A DNA stretch of 64,000 nucleotides from NCBI GenBank assembly GCA_024698555.1, contig JAILRI010000219.1, positions 18,442 to 82,441 on the forward strand, in the 5' to 3' direction. Origin of the DNA: Lachnospiraceae bacterium. Its GTDB lineage: Bacteria > Bacillota > Clostridia > Lachnospirales > Lachnospiraceae. The notes beneath the pieces were generated by a model. The model was not told the DNA's origin and searched no databases. It saw nothing but the letters and a program-made list of their open reading frames with translations. The translations under genes were made by a program, and so were the position numbers. The first letter of the stretch is position 1, and every line of letters begins with the position of its first letter. Shown here piece by piece: positions 54,784 through 64,000 of the stretch.

Positions 54784-56241
54784 ATGATCTATCACAGCAC
54801 CAGAAATACCAAACTGACAGCTACTGCATCGGAAGCGATTCTCAAAGGCATAGCGCCTGACGGCGGTCTATATGTGCCTGACGATATCCCCAAGCTGGAT
54901 AAAAGCTTCACAAAGCTCGCCAAGCTTGATTATCCTCATCTGGCGTATGAGGTCATGAAGCTGTTTATTGACGACTTCACACCCGAAGAGCTTATGGATG
55001 CCATCAATAACGCATATAACACAAAAAATTTCGATCATGAGGATATTACCTGTCTTGTTGAGGCAGATGGGGCTTATTATCTGGAACTGTTCCATGGAAG
55101 GACCATTGCCTTTAAGGATATGGCGCTGTCCATTCTGCCTTATCTGATGATGACATCTGCACGTAAGTGCGGGGTTAAGGAGGATATCGTTATACTGACC
55201 GCGACTTCGGGAGATACCGGTAAGGCGGCTTTGGCAGGCTTTGACTCCGTGCCGGGGACCGGCATCGTCGTTTTTTATCCCAAGGACGGAGTAAGTCCCG
55301 TACAGGAGCGTCAGATGGTCACCCAGGCAGGGGAAAATACGCATGTTATCGGTATCAGAGGCAATTTTGACGATGCGCAGCGGGAAGTGAAGAAAGCTTT
55401 TACAGATGAGACGCTGGCAAAGAAGATGCTTGAAGCCGGATATCGTTTTTCTTCCGCAAATTCGATCAACATCGGCCGTCTGGTTCCTCAGATAGCGTAT
55501 TATGTATATGCCTATACCAGACTTTGCCCGAAGGAGATCAATTTCGTCGTGCCTACAGGCAATTTCGGCAATATCCTGGCGGCATACTATGCGTACCGTA
55601 TGGGTGTTCCGATCCATAAACTCATATGTGCGTCCAATGATAATAAAGTTCTGTATGACTTCTTCAAGACCGGTGTTTACGACCGCAACAGGGAATTCAT
55701 ACTTACCAGTTCGCCGAGCATGGATATACTGATCTCAAGTAATCTGGAGCGTTTGATAGCTGAGCTTGCGGGAGAAGAGACCGCCGGACTTATGAAGCAG
55801 CTTTCCGATAAAGGAAGGTATGAACTGCCGGCCAATTCGCGTAGCAGCGAAGCTTTACAGCTTTTTGAGGGAGAGTTTGCGAGCGAAGCCGAGATGTCAG
55901 CACGCATAAAGGAACTGTACGAGAAAGAAGGATACATACTTGATCCGCATACGGCAGTTGCTTCGGCAGCTTATGAAAAATATAAAAAGGAAACCGGAGA
56001 CGATACCTGCACCGTGATAGCTTCGACAGCCAGCCCGTATAAATTTACCCGGGCCGTACTTACTTCGATAGACGCGAAATATTCATCGATGGAGGATTTC
56101 GCTCTGTTCGATGAGCTGAACAAGCTGTCACAGGTGCCTGTTCCCAAGGCGATCAAGGATATCATCAGCGCTCCGGTAAAACATAACACGGTATGCGATA
56201 AGGATAAGCTGATCGAGGAAATTGAGAAGATATATTTATGA
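54784..56241 (+). CDS. thrC: Threonine synthase
   Basis: ORF 54766..56241. ATG 54784 gives MIYHSTRN.... AFKD PLP-lysine region and SGDTGKAA loop. Confidence 0.9.
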   Translation: MIYHSTRNTKLTATASEAILKGIAPDGGLYVPDDIPKLDKSFTKLAKLDYPHLAYEVMKLFIDDFTPEELMDAINNAYNTKNFDHEDITCLVEADGAYYLELFHGRTIAFKDMALSILPYLMMTSARKCGVKEDIVILTATSGDTGKAALAGFDSVPGTGIVVFYPKDGVSPVQERQMVTQAGENTHVIGIRGNFDDAQREVKKAFTDETLAKKMLEAGYRFSSANSINIGRLVPQIAYYVYAYTRLCPKEINFVVPTGNFGNILAAYYAYRMGVPIHKLICASNDNKVLYDFFKTGVYDRNREFILTSSPSMDILISSNLERLIAELAGEETAGLMKQLSDKGRYELPANSRSSEALQLFEGEFASEAEMSARIKELYEKEGYILDPHTAVASAAYEKYKKETGDDTCTVIASTASPYKFTRAVLTSIDAKYSSMEDFALFDELNKLSQVPVPKAIKDIISAPVKHNTVCDKDKLIEEIEKIYL

Positions 56242-56741
56242 AAATACTCATAATAAGTGATACCCACGGAAATCTGAATAATCTGAAAACGGTTCTGGAA
56301 AGGGAACAGCCCATAGACCAGCTTCTTCATACGGGAGATGTGCTGGATGATCAGGAACAGATCCGGGAAATGGCAGGGTGCGCATGCGCGTTTGTCCGGG
56401 GCAACTGTGATTTCTTTTCAAGAGAACCGCTTTCGCGTGATTTCGGGCTCATGCAGCACAATATCCACATGGAACACGGTCATATGCTGCCGGACAGCTT
56501 TAATTCCATAGCATATAAGGCTGAATCGATCGGAGCAGATATACTTATGTTCGGTCATACACATGTGCCCCTGATCACTGAAGCCGGAGGCATCACTATC
56601 TTAAATCCCGGCAGTCTGACCCGGCCGCGTCAGGCCAACCGTCTTCCGAGCTATATCATCATGACGCTTGATAAGGAAGGACATGCAGAATTTGAACTGA
56701 AATACCTTCGAAAAATGTCGGATCAGGAGGTGGCACCGTGA
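56238..56741 (+). CDS. yfcE: YfcE/MJ0936-family metallophosphoesterase
   Basis: 167 aa. ISDTHGN, GDV, RGNCD, GHTH motifs. Start overlaps the thrC stop. Confidence 0.85.
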   Translation: MKILIISDTHGNLNNLKTVLEREQPIDQLLHTGDVLDDQEQIREMAGCACAFVRGNCDFFSREPLSRDFGLMQHNIHMEHGHMLPDSFNSIAYKAESIGADILMFGHTHVPLITEAGGITILNPGSLTRPRQANRLPSYIIMTLDKEGHAEFELKYLRKMSDQEVAP

Positions 56742-57715
56742 GCAGAAGGCATTTGAAAGAAATACCGGCTATATGCGCCATACTGATCCTTATCTGCGTG
56801 CTTTCTGCCTGCAGCTCTTCTTCAGGTTCGGTAGATTATTCCGACAAAGATAACTGGGCTTATTATGCTCTGGGAGAAGAAAGAAAAGCCGATCTGTTTC
56901 TGATCTGTCCGACTGTGGACATGAAAAAAGAAAACAATATGTCCATGAAGGACAAAAAGACCAAAGCGAGCTTTCTTGGCGCGCTCAATATGGAACGGGG
57001 CATATATGAGGCTGTGACGCGCATGTATGCTCCATTTTACAGACAGGCGGCTATGCGCGTGTACGATATGGATAAAGCTGAACGTGAAAAATATATGCAG
57101 ATCGCGTACAGGGATGTTTCAGATGCATTTTCCTACTACCTGGAGCACGAGAACGGCGGCAGACCGATCATTCTTGCAGGCTTTTCCCAGGGCGCGGATA
57201 TGTGCTATCGTCTGATGGAAGAATATTTTGACGATGAGGAACTGTTTGAACGGCTCATCGCTGTCTATGCCATAGGCTGGCCGTGCAGCGCCGAAACGGT
57301 CAGAAACAATCCGCAGATACGCCCTGCGCAATGGGAATACGATCCCCATACGGTTATCAGCTTTGACTGTGAAGCTTCAGATGTGAAAGGGACGTTCATT
57401 AATCCGGAAGGAGAAAAAAACTATTGCTGCATCAATCCGCTGAACTGGACATGCGATGGTACTCCTGCAGATGCCTCCCTGAATATGGGAGCGTGCTTTA
57501 CCGATTATGAAGGGAATATCACCGCGGAAGAAAAAAGCCTTTGCGGAGCGTATGTTGACGTTACCCGCGGGGTGTTAAAGGTGACCGGCATAGACGCGGC
57601 GGATTATCCGCCGGTAGTTCCCGGTCTCCCGGAAGGCGCTTATCATGTTTATGACTACCAGTTTTTCTACCGCAACCTGCAGGAAAACGTAAGGAGCAGG
57701 GTGATGAGAAATTGA
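56738..57715 (+). CDS. DUF3089-like alpha/beta-hydrolase-fold lipoprotein
   Basis: 325 aa. GTG start 7 nt after AGGAGG. Lipobox LSAC. GFSQGA elbow. Confidence 0.6.
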   Translation: MSRRHLKEIPAICAILILICVLSACSSSSGSVDYSDKDNWAYYALGEERKADLFLICPTVDMKKENNMSMKDKKTKASFLGALNMERGIYEAVTRMYAPFYRQAAMRVYDMDKAEREKYMQIAYRDVSDAFSYYLEHENGGRPIILAGFSQGADMCYRLMEEYFDDEELFERLIAVYAIGWPCSAETVRNNPQIRPAQWEYDPHTVISFDCEASDVKGTFINPEGEKNYCCINPLNWTCDGTPADASLNMGACFTDYEGNITAEEKSLCGAYVDVTRGVLKVTGIDAADYPPVVPGLPEGAYHVYDYQFFYRNLQENVRSRVMRN

Positions 57716-57751
57716 TATTACTGTTGAGGGAATATATGGGGAACAAAATGT

Positions 57752-58990
57752 ATGAAGATTGATCTGCCCGGGAACGCTCGAGCTATTATTGCGAGACTCA
57801 GGGAAGCGGGATTTGAGGCTTACGCCGTGGGTGGATGCGTCAGGGATTCACTGCTTGGACGCGAGCCCAAGGATTGGGATATTACGACCTCGGCACTCCC
57901 TTCGGACATAAAAAGACTGTTTTTACGGACTGTGGATACCGGCATCGAACACGGCACGGTGACCGTACTTACAGGCGGGGAAGCCTATGAGACCACGACC
58001 TACAGGCTTGATGGCAAATACACGGATTCAAGGCATCCCGACAGCGTAGAATTTTCAACTTCGCTGGAGGAGGACTTAAAACGCAGGGATTTTACCATCA
58101 ATGCCATGGCATACTCCGACGAGACCGGCCTGGTGGATATATACGGCGGCGAACGTGATCTGAACGACCGCATTATCAGATGCGTGGGCAATCCCATGGA
58201 AAGGTTTGGAGAAGATGCGTTAAGGATACTCAGGGCTGTGCGTTTTGCCGCGCAGCTTGATTTCGGGATAGAAGAATCTACATTTCACGCTGCCGCTTTG
58301 CTGGTACAAAAGCTTAAACTGATCAGTGCCGAAAGGATCCGCGAGGAGCTTCATAAGCTGCTTATGTCGGATCACCCCGAAAAGCTGGTCATTCTTCATG
58401 AAATGGGTATAGACAGTGTGGTATTGCCTGAACTGGCTGTATACGCCGCACGGCTCAATGACCTGATCGATCTGCTGAAACGCGCTGACGCGTCATCATA
58501 TATCCGATGGGGATTACTGATGGACTTTGTAAGCGGTGATGCGTCTTCGGAGGAAAAAGCCGTCGCTGCCGGACACATTTTGCGGAGACTGAAATTTGAC
58601 AATGATACCGTCTATGCCGTAAAGAAGCTGATGACTTTTAAGAACGCGCCTGTGGAAGGTATTACTGATCATGAAATGCGTATACTGATGAACAGGGCAG
58701 GTGTGGAAGATCTAAAGCTTATCTTTAGGTTCAGAACTGTCCTTAAGGGAGAGAACGGGGCAGAGTCATTGAGGAACGCATATCTGCAATATGAGCGGAT
58801 AGTGCAGGCCGGGGACTGCGTTGATCTTAAAACTCTGGCCGTGGACGGCAATGATCTGATAAAGGCAGGTGTACCCAAAGGCAGGGAAATAGGAATAATA
58901 TTGAACAGTTTGCTGGATAAAGTTCTGGAAAATCCCGGACTCAATGAAAGGGAGCAGTTGATGGAGCTGTTCAGAAAGAATTTATCTTGA
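57752..58990 (+). CDS. cca: CCA-adding tRNA nucleotidyltransferase
   Basis: 412 aa. AYAVGGCVRDSLLGREPKDWDITT, RRDFTINA motifs. Confidence 0.9.
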   Translation: MKIDLPGNARAIIARLREAGFEAYAVGGCVRDSLLGREPKDWDITTSALPSDIKRLFLRTVDTGIEHGTVTVLTGGEAYETTTYRLDGKYTDSRHPDSVEFSTSLEEDLKRRDFTINAMAYSDETGLVDIYGGERDLNDRIIRCVGNPMERFGEDALRILRAVRFAAQLDFGIEESTFHAAALLVQKLKLISAERIREELHKLLMSDHPEKLVILHEMGIDSVVLPELAVYAARLNDLIDLLKRADASSYIRWGLLMDFVSGDASSEEKAVAAGHILRRLKFDNDTVYAVKKLMTFKNAPVEGITDHEMRILMNRAGVEDLKLIFRFRTVLKGENGAESLRNAYLQYERIVQAGDCVDLKTLAVDGNDLIKAGVPKGREIGIILNSLLDKVLENPGLNEREQLMELFRKNLS

Positions 58991-59061
58991 TTTTTTCACA
59001 ATGTCAGGCAGGTATCGGGAACCTGACTGTTTTCATAAAACATGAAAGGTATTTGTTGTAA

Positions 59062-60642
59062 ATGAATAACAACAACTACAGGACTCCGATAATCGTGGTC
59101 ATTATCGGAATCGTGATCATCATAGCACTTTCCGTGGTATATGTACTTACATCGGACGACAGGAAAGAACCTAAGAAAACAGGTTCCGCGCCGACTCCGG
59201 TACCGTCTCAGAGTCTTGAGCCTGAGGATATCCTTTTAGGTGGCGATGATGAAGAGATTCATTCAAAAAACGTGATCATTAAGGCTATAGACCTTGATAA
59301 CGCTTTTATTACCGTTCAGGAACGGGGAACAGCACTTGAGGAGGAGTATACATATAACGGGGCTACCGATATCAGGACGGCTCATGGCAGACAGATAACG
59401 GCAGCGCTGTTGTCACCCGGTGATTTTGTCAGGATATTTTACAATGAAGAAATGCTCCTGCGTTCGGTGAACGGCTCTAAAGATGTCGAACTGTATAAAA
59501 ACGTGCTCCAGCGCACTCAGGATGATGATCTGCGTAAAATTACCATAGGGAGCGATATCTACAGATTCGATGATTATATGCTGGTGCTTAACAACGGGGA
59601 ATTCGTGGAGCTGGATTCACTCAGGAATATGGACATAATTTCTTTATACAGCGTTGATAATGTCCTTTATATGATAAAAGTGGAGAACGGACACGGATAT
59701 TTTACTCTGAACAATTATGACGGGTTTATCGGAGGAACGCTCAATGTCGGGAGATATCAGACCTTTGAGATCGTGGAGGACATGGAACTGACTCTGGCCG
59801 AGGGAGAATATGATATCGAAGTCGTGCATGAGGATTTTCTGGGGACGGCATCCATCCGGATAGACCGCGATATGACAACGGTTCTCGATCTGGCCGCTTA
59901 TTCGCCATCCGGAGGAGAAAAAGGCTATGTCAGGTTGGAGATCGAGCCTGAAGGGGCAGATCTGTACGTAGACGGGATCAGGACATCATATGATAACGCC
60001 GTTGAGCTTACCAAAGGCGAACACTGGATACAGGCTGTTCTGGGCGGATACAATTCATATACCGGATTTATTGATATAGGTGATTCCATAGAGGAGATAA
60101 GTATTTCACTCTCTCCCGCTTCGGCAAAGGTTTCGGGAGATATAATGCTGGAGGATATCCCGGTTACCGTTACTGAAAACCTGCTTACACCTACTCCGGC
60201 AGGCAGCAGCTCCGACTATGTAAATGCCGGCATACAGGACTCAACAAGCGAAACATTAATCGATGATAACACTGCATCTGAGACCGTAAGCGTCGATCCT
60301 TCGCAGGAGAGTACAGGCGATCTGACTCCGGAACCATTGCCCGAAAGCACAGACGAGCCGTCCATCGGTTCCGGTGAAACCGGAGAGGAAGACACTTCCG
60401 GCAGCGATGCGGTTCCGGCCGAAGGCAGTATGATATTTAAGTGTACAGAGGGTGCCGCTGTTTTTGTCAATGATGTCTACAAAGGTGAAATATCCGGTGG
60501 AAAGCTCTCGACCAGAAAAATTGTGGGAACATTATCCATAAGGCTGACCAAGCAGGGCTATATAACCAAGAAGTACACTGTGACCGTTGAGGATGACGGA
60601 GAGGATGCTGAATTCGTCTTTCCCGACATGGTGCTTGAGTAG
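59062..60642 (+). CDS. Membrane-anchored PEGA-domain protein
   Basis: 526 aa with an N-terminal TM helix. PEGADLYVDG motif, a low-complexity Ser/Thr/Glu linker, and a second PEGA-like C-terminal domain. Confidence 0.6.
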   Translation: MNNNNYRTPIIVVIIGIVIIIALSVVYVLTSDDRKEPKKTGSAPTPVPSQSLEPEDILLGGDDEEIHSKNVIIKAIDLDNAFITVQERGTALEEEYTYNGATDIRTAHGRQITAALLSPGDFVRIFYNEEMLLRSVNGSKDVELYKNVLQRTQDDDLRKITIGSDIYRFDDYMLVLNNGEFVELDSLRNMDIISLYSVDNVLYMIKVENGHGYFTLNNYDGFIGGTLNVGRYQTFEIVEDMELTLAEGEYDIEVVHEDFLGTASIRIDRDMTTVLDLAAYSPSGGEKGYVRLEIEPEGADLYVDGIRTSYDNAVELTKGEHWIQAVLGGYNSYTGFIDIGDSIEEISISLSPASAKVSGDIMLEDIPVTVTENLLTPTPAGSSSDYVNAGIQDSTSETLIDDNTASETVSVDPSQESTGDLTPEPLPESTDEPSIGSGETGEEDTSGSDAVPAEGSMIFKCTEGAAVFVNDVYKGEISGGKLSTRKIVGTLSIRLTKQGYITKKYTVTVEDDGEDAEFVFPDMVLE

Positions 60643-60761
60643 TAACTAACCGCTGAGCAAAATAAGATGCTTTAATTTGCACATATAAGTATTTAATATG
60701 GCGATGATGAGCAGTATGATCGTTATAACCTGAAGATGCACATACTAAAGGAGGTTTCCAT

Positions 60762-61709
60762 ATGGACAAGAAAATCAGTACACTGATCAAATTTGCAGTA
60801 GTGGTCGTGATAGCCGCTGTGCTGTTGGGCAACTGCTACTACACGATCACTGAGCAGGAAGCTGCAGTAGTGACCACTTTCGGAAAAGCGACTGCAGCCA
60901 CGGATTCCGGTCTTCATCTGAAGATACCTTTCATCCAGCATGTCGACAAAGTCGATACAACGATCAAGGGCTTCCCTATCGGCTATACAGAGGATACGAA
61001 TATGTCGGTAGAGGATGAATCTCTGATGATAACTTCGGATTTCAACTTTGTTAATGTGGATTTTTACGTGGAGTACAAAGTGACCGACCCGATCAAGGCC
61101 CTGTACGCTTCACAGGATCCTGTTGAGGTATTGAAAAATGTCGCGCAGTCCAGTATACGTTCCGAGATTGGGGCGTTCTCGGTTGACAGCGTTATCACTA
61201 CGGGCAAGAACGAGATCCAGTCCAATATCAGGGAACGGATCAACTCACGCCTGGAACAGCAGGATATCGGAATACAGCTGATCAATATAACCATCCAGGA
61301 TGCTGAGCCGCCTACATCAGAGGTCAAGGAAGCATTTATGAATGTCGAGTCGGCCAAGCAGGGTGCGGACACAGCGGTCAATAACGCGAATAAGTACCGC
61401 TCGGAACAGGTGCCTGCAGCACAGGCCCGGATCGACCAGATATTAAAGGAGGCTGACGCGACCAAGGAGGCCCGCATAAATGAGGCCGAAGGACAGGTGG
61501 CGAGATTTAATTCACTGTTTGATGAGTACAAGAAATATCCCCTGATCACAAAACAGCGCATGTTCTATGAGACTATGGAGGAGATCATGCCCGATCTGAC
61601 CGTTATCATTGATAATTCGGAAAGCGGAGTTCAGAAAATTCTTCCTCTTGACAGCCTTGTGGATGTGATCGCGGGTGAGGATGGAAATATGAACGGAGGT
61701 GAGCAGTAA
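60762..61709 (+). CDS. hflK: FtsH protease modulator HflK (SPFH/band-7)
   Basis: 315 aa with an N-terminal TM helix, an SPFH domain and a coiled-coil tail. RBS AAAGGAGG. Confidence 0.85.
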   Translation: MDKKISTLIKFAVVVVIAAVLLGNCYYTITEQEAAVVTTFGKATAATDSGLHLKIPFIQHVDKVDTTIKGFPIGYTEDTNMSVEDESLMITSDFNFVNVDFYVEYKVTDPIKALYASQDPVEVLKNVAQSSIRSEIGAFSVDSVITTGKNEIQSNIRERINSRLEQQDIGIQLINITIQDAEPPTSEVKEAFMNVESAKQGADTAVNNANKYRSEQVPAAQARIDQILKEADATKEARINEAEGQVARFNSLFDEYKKYPLITKQRMFYETMEEIMPDLTVIIDNSESGVQKILPLDSLVDVIAGEDGNMNGGEQ

Positions 61710-62695
61710 TGGGCGAAACCGGATTTGATTTTAAGGATAAATTTAAGGATGCCGCAAAGAACTTTGTGGATGCGGAAGGAGTTACAGACGGGAACGGAGG
61801 CGTAAAATACACCTCGGGTAAATCCGGAAAAAGAGGGATAGCGATCGGTGTCATCCTGGTAGTATTAGTCATCACAGTGATAGTGCTTTCCCAGGCAGTA
61901 GTGATCACACGCGAGAACGAATATTCGCTTATCAAGGAATTCGGCAAGGTGGAGCGTATAGTCGATGAGGCAGGTCTTTCGTTTAAAACACCGTTTATCC
62001 AGACCAGCGATACATTGCCCAAGACGTTGCTTTTATACGATCTGGCCAAGTCCGATGTAATTACAGAAGATAAAAAGACCATGGTTGTGGACAGCTACGT
62101 GCTCTGGCAGATCACAGATCCGTTAAAGTTCACACAGACACTGACCCTTGTCAGCAATGCCGAGGGACGTATCAATACCATTGTCTACAACTCAATGAAA
62201 AATGTGATCTCGAGTATGAACCAGACTGCGGTGATACAGTCAAGGGATGGGGCGCTGAGTACACTGATAATGGAAAATATCGGCAACACCATGGATCAGT
62301 ACGGGATCACCTTCAGAGCGGTTGAGACCAAAAGACTTGATCTGCCCAGTGACAATAAGGCTGCCGTATATGAGCGTATGATTTCGGAAAGAAATAATAT
62401 AGCTGCCTCATACACCGCCTCCGGTGAGTCGGAAGCCAAGATGATACGCAACAAAACGGACAATGAGATAGCGATCAGTATTTCTGAGGCACAGGCACAG
62501 GCTGAAAAGACCATAGCCGAGGGCGAAGCCGAATATATGAGGATACTGTCTCAGGCATACAATACAACGGAAAGAGCGGATTTCTATACCTTTGTAAGAG
62601 CACTGGACGCATCCAAACAGGCTATGAAGGGCGATAAGACGATCATACTCAATTCGGATTCGCCCCTGGCCCAGATATTTAATAACGTGGAATGA
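61709..62695 (+). CDS. hflC: FtsH protease modulator HflC (SPFH/band-7)
   Basis: 328 aa with a TM helix and an SPFH domain. Start overlaps the hflK stop (TAATG). Confidence 0.85.
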   Translation: MGETGFDFKDKFKDAAKNFVDAEGVTDGNGGVKYTSGKSGKRGIAIGVILVVLVITVIVLSQAVVITRENEYSLIKEFGKVERIVDEAGLSFKTPFIQTSDTLPKTLLLYDLAKSDVITEDKKTMVVDSYVLWQITDPLKFTQTLTLVSNAEGRINTIVYNSMKNVISSMNQTAVIQSRDGALSTLIMENIGNTMDQYGITFRAVETKRLDLPSDNKAAVYERMISERNNIAASYTASGESEAKMIRNKTDNEIAISISEAQAQAEKTIAEGEAEYMRILSQAYNTTERADFYTFVRALDASKQAMKGDKTIILNSDSPLAQIFNNVE

Positions 62696-63450
62696 TCATT
62701 ATGTCGGGTTTTGACCAGCAGAGATTTGAAGAGACGAAGGACGCGGTGCTTGCATCGCGTCCTCATTCGATGGGATTCGGTTCCCTTGCGGAGAAGTCTG
62801 TGCATGCCGTATTAAAACGATATTATTCTCCCACGGATGATGATATGGAAGTGCCGGTGGGCGGTTTTGTCGCGGATATATGCTATGGGATGAGCATCAT
62901 AGAGATACAGACGAGACAGTTTTATACCATGAAGAGAAAGCTGGAGGCTTTTCTGCCTGAATATGATGTGACGATAGTCTACCCTCTGCCTGTTTCCAAA
63001 ACACTGTTTTATATAGATCCGGATACCGGAAAGGTTAAAAACCGCAGAAAGTCGAACAAAAAGAGGAATATATATGAGCTCTTTTATGAAATGTACGGGA
63101 TCAGGGATTATATAAATGATCCTCATCTGCATTTTAAGGCGCTTCTTTACGAGGCCGAAGAATACCGTTATCAGGGGCTTACCGAGAAGCACGGACGAAA
63201 GGAACGGGTACTGACGGATATTGTTCCGGCCCGGGTACTGGAAGAAATAAGCATAGAGAGCGTTAGGGATCTCATGATGTTTGTACCGGTCGAGCTGGAC
63301 GATGTCTTCACCACACGGGATTTTGCCCGGGCTGCCGGTATTGCTTGGGACCTTGCGGGGTTTTGCGTGGGAATTCTTAAAATCACCGGGAACATTGAGA
63401 AGACAGGCACCGGGCCGAGGGGAGTCTATCTGTACAGCGTTAGGGAATAA
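62692..63450 (+). CDS. Hypothetical protein with a CoiA-like PD-(D/E)xK nuclease-fold motif
   Basis: 252 aa. Start overlaps the hflC stop (ATGA). GFVADICYGMSIIEIQTRQF resembles the aD...iEiQ.S core of CoiA-type nucleases. The call is by motif resemblance only. Confidence 0.45.
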   Translation: MIIMSGFDQQRFEETKDAVLASRPHSMGFGSLAEKSVHAVLKRYYSPTDDDMEVPVGGFVADICYGMSIIEIQTRQFYTMKRKLEAFLPEYDVTIVYPLPVSKTLFYIDPDTGKVKNRRKSNKKRNIYELFYEMYGIRDYINDPHLHFKALLYEAEEYRYQGLTEKHGRKERVLTDIVPARVLEEISIESVRDLMMFVPVELDDVFTTRDFARAAGIAWDLAGFCVGILKITGNIEKTGTGPRGVYLYSVRE

Positions 63451-63493
63451 GCCGTGAAATTAGGCGCTGCGAAAAGATACCCGAAAGTTAGAC

Positions 63494-63521
63494 TTGAAAA
63501 ATATTAATTCGGTGGTATAAT
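63494..63521 (+). promoter_or_regulatory. Candidate extended -10 promoter of the BMP lipoprotein gene
   Basis: TTGAAA, 16 nt, TGgTATAAT. Confidence 0.45.
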
Positions 63522-63586
63522 AATTCACTGTAACTGATGGGGGACGATATTGCCCCCGAACAAGGCAAAAAACAGGAGGAAGAATT

Positions 63587-64000
63587 ATGAAAAAAGTTTT
63601 ATCACTGGTTCTGGCGCTCTGTCTTATCATGTCTTTATGCGCATGTTCAAAAAGCGGTGCCGGTAAGGATGCCTACAAGGTGGCTATGATCACCGATTAC
63701 GGCGATATTACGGATCAGAGCTTTAACCAGACTACCTATGAGGCCTGCAAGGCTTTCTGTGACACCAACAAGGTTCAGTTTGAATACAAGAAGCCCGCGG
63801 GCGACAGCACCGCAGAGCGTGTGGCAGCTGTTGAGAGCGCCATCGATGAGGGCTACAATGTTATCGTTATGCCCGGATACGCGTTTGGCGGTACTATCGT
63901 GGAAGTAAGCGAGAAATATAAGGATGTCAAGTTCATCGCTCTCGATGTGGCTGCCGGCGATATCCTTGAGGCGGGTGTTCCCAAGAAGGGCGGTTCTTAT
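63587..64000 (+). CDS. BMP-family (Med/PnrA-like) ABC-transporter substrate-binding lipoprotein; 3' end beyond the window
   Basis: Not in the ORF track because it is edge-truncated. My translation from ATG 63587 (AGGAGGAAG upstream) reads MKKVLSLVLALCLIMSLCACSKSG...YKVAMITDYGDITDQSFNQ..., open to base 64000. Confidence 0.8.
   Translation, partial: MKKVLSLVLALCLIMSLCACSKSGAGKDAYKVAMITDYGDITDQSFNQTTYEACKAFCDTNKVQFEYKKPAGDSTAERVAAVESAIDEGYNVIVMPGYAFGGTIVEVSEKYKDVKFIALDVAAGDILEAGVPKKGGSY

Overview
This 64-kb chromosomal segment has gene content typical of a Gram-positive anaerobe of the class Clostridia, possibly Lachnospiraceae-like. That taxonomic call is inference only; GC content and codon usage were not computed. 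I support about 45 protein-coding genes. By eye I found no rRNA, tRNA, CRISPR array, integrase, transposase or phage genes. Left to right: ygfK-ssnA (selenium/purine-hydroxylase-associated pair); a heterodimeric ABC exporter; a 16.5-kb seven-gene signalling operon; a trigger-factor-like lipoprotein; GH94 cellobiose phosphorylase divergent from a GH13 lipoprotein; a zinc-ribbon membrane protein; metY-cysK and an Rrf2 regulator; an EAL-like/HDOD protein; a beta-helix protein; tagD; cdd; an alpha/beta-hydrolase, membrane MurF-like ligase and ddl cluster; an SGNH/SASA esterase; a CheY-like receiver; a GGDEF-family protein; apbE; gdhA; an M14 peptidase with an AP2-domain protein; a SleB-like hydrolase; thrC; yfcE; cca; a PEGA protein; hflK-hflC plus a CoiA-like nuclease-fold protein; and a BMP-family lipoprotein cut by the right edge. 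The main candidate for an undescribed system is the operon at 7331-23850. It holds two Hpt-bearing hybrid histidine kinases, three receiver-less HD-GYP phosphodiesterases, an output-less receiver, and a cyclic-nucleotide-binding domain fused to an NhaC-type transporter. Two of the HD-GYP proteins carry a shared, internally duplicated C-terminal module that I cannot name. Secondary signals: a MITE-like palindromic element family (one copy with 12-bp terminal inverted repeats and an 8-bp target-site duplication, a second nested copy in the rrf2 leader); a recurring GGGGCTG...CAGCCCC terminator hairpin; a GC-rich hairpin cluster; a membrane-anchored MurF-like ligase; and a bacterial AP2-domain protein translationally coupled to a secreted peptidase. 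All domain calls come from reading motifs in the supplied translations, and no database search was run.
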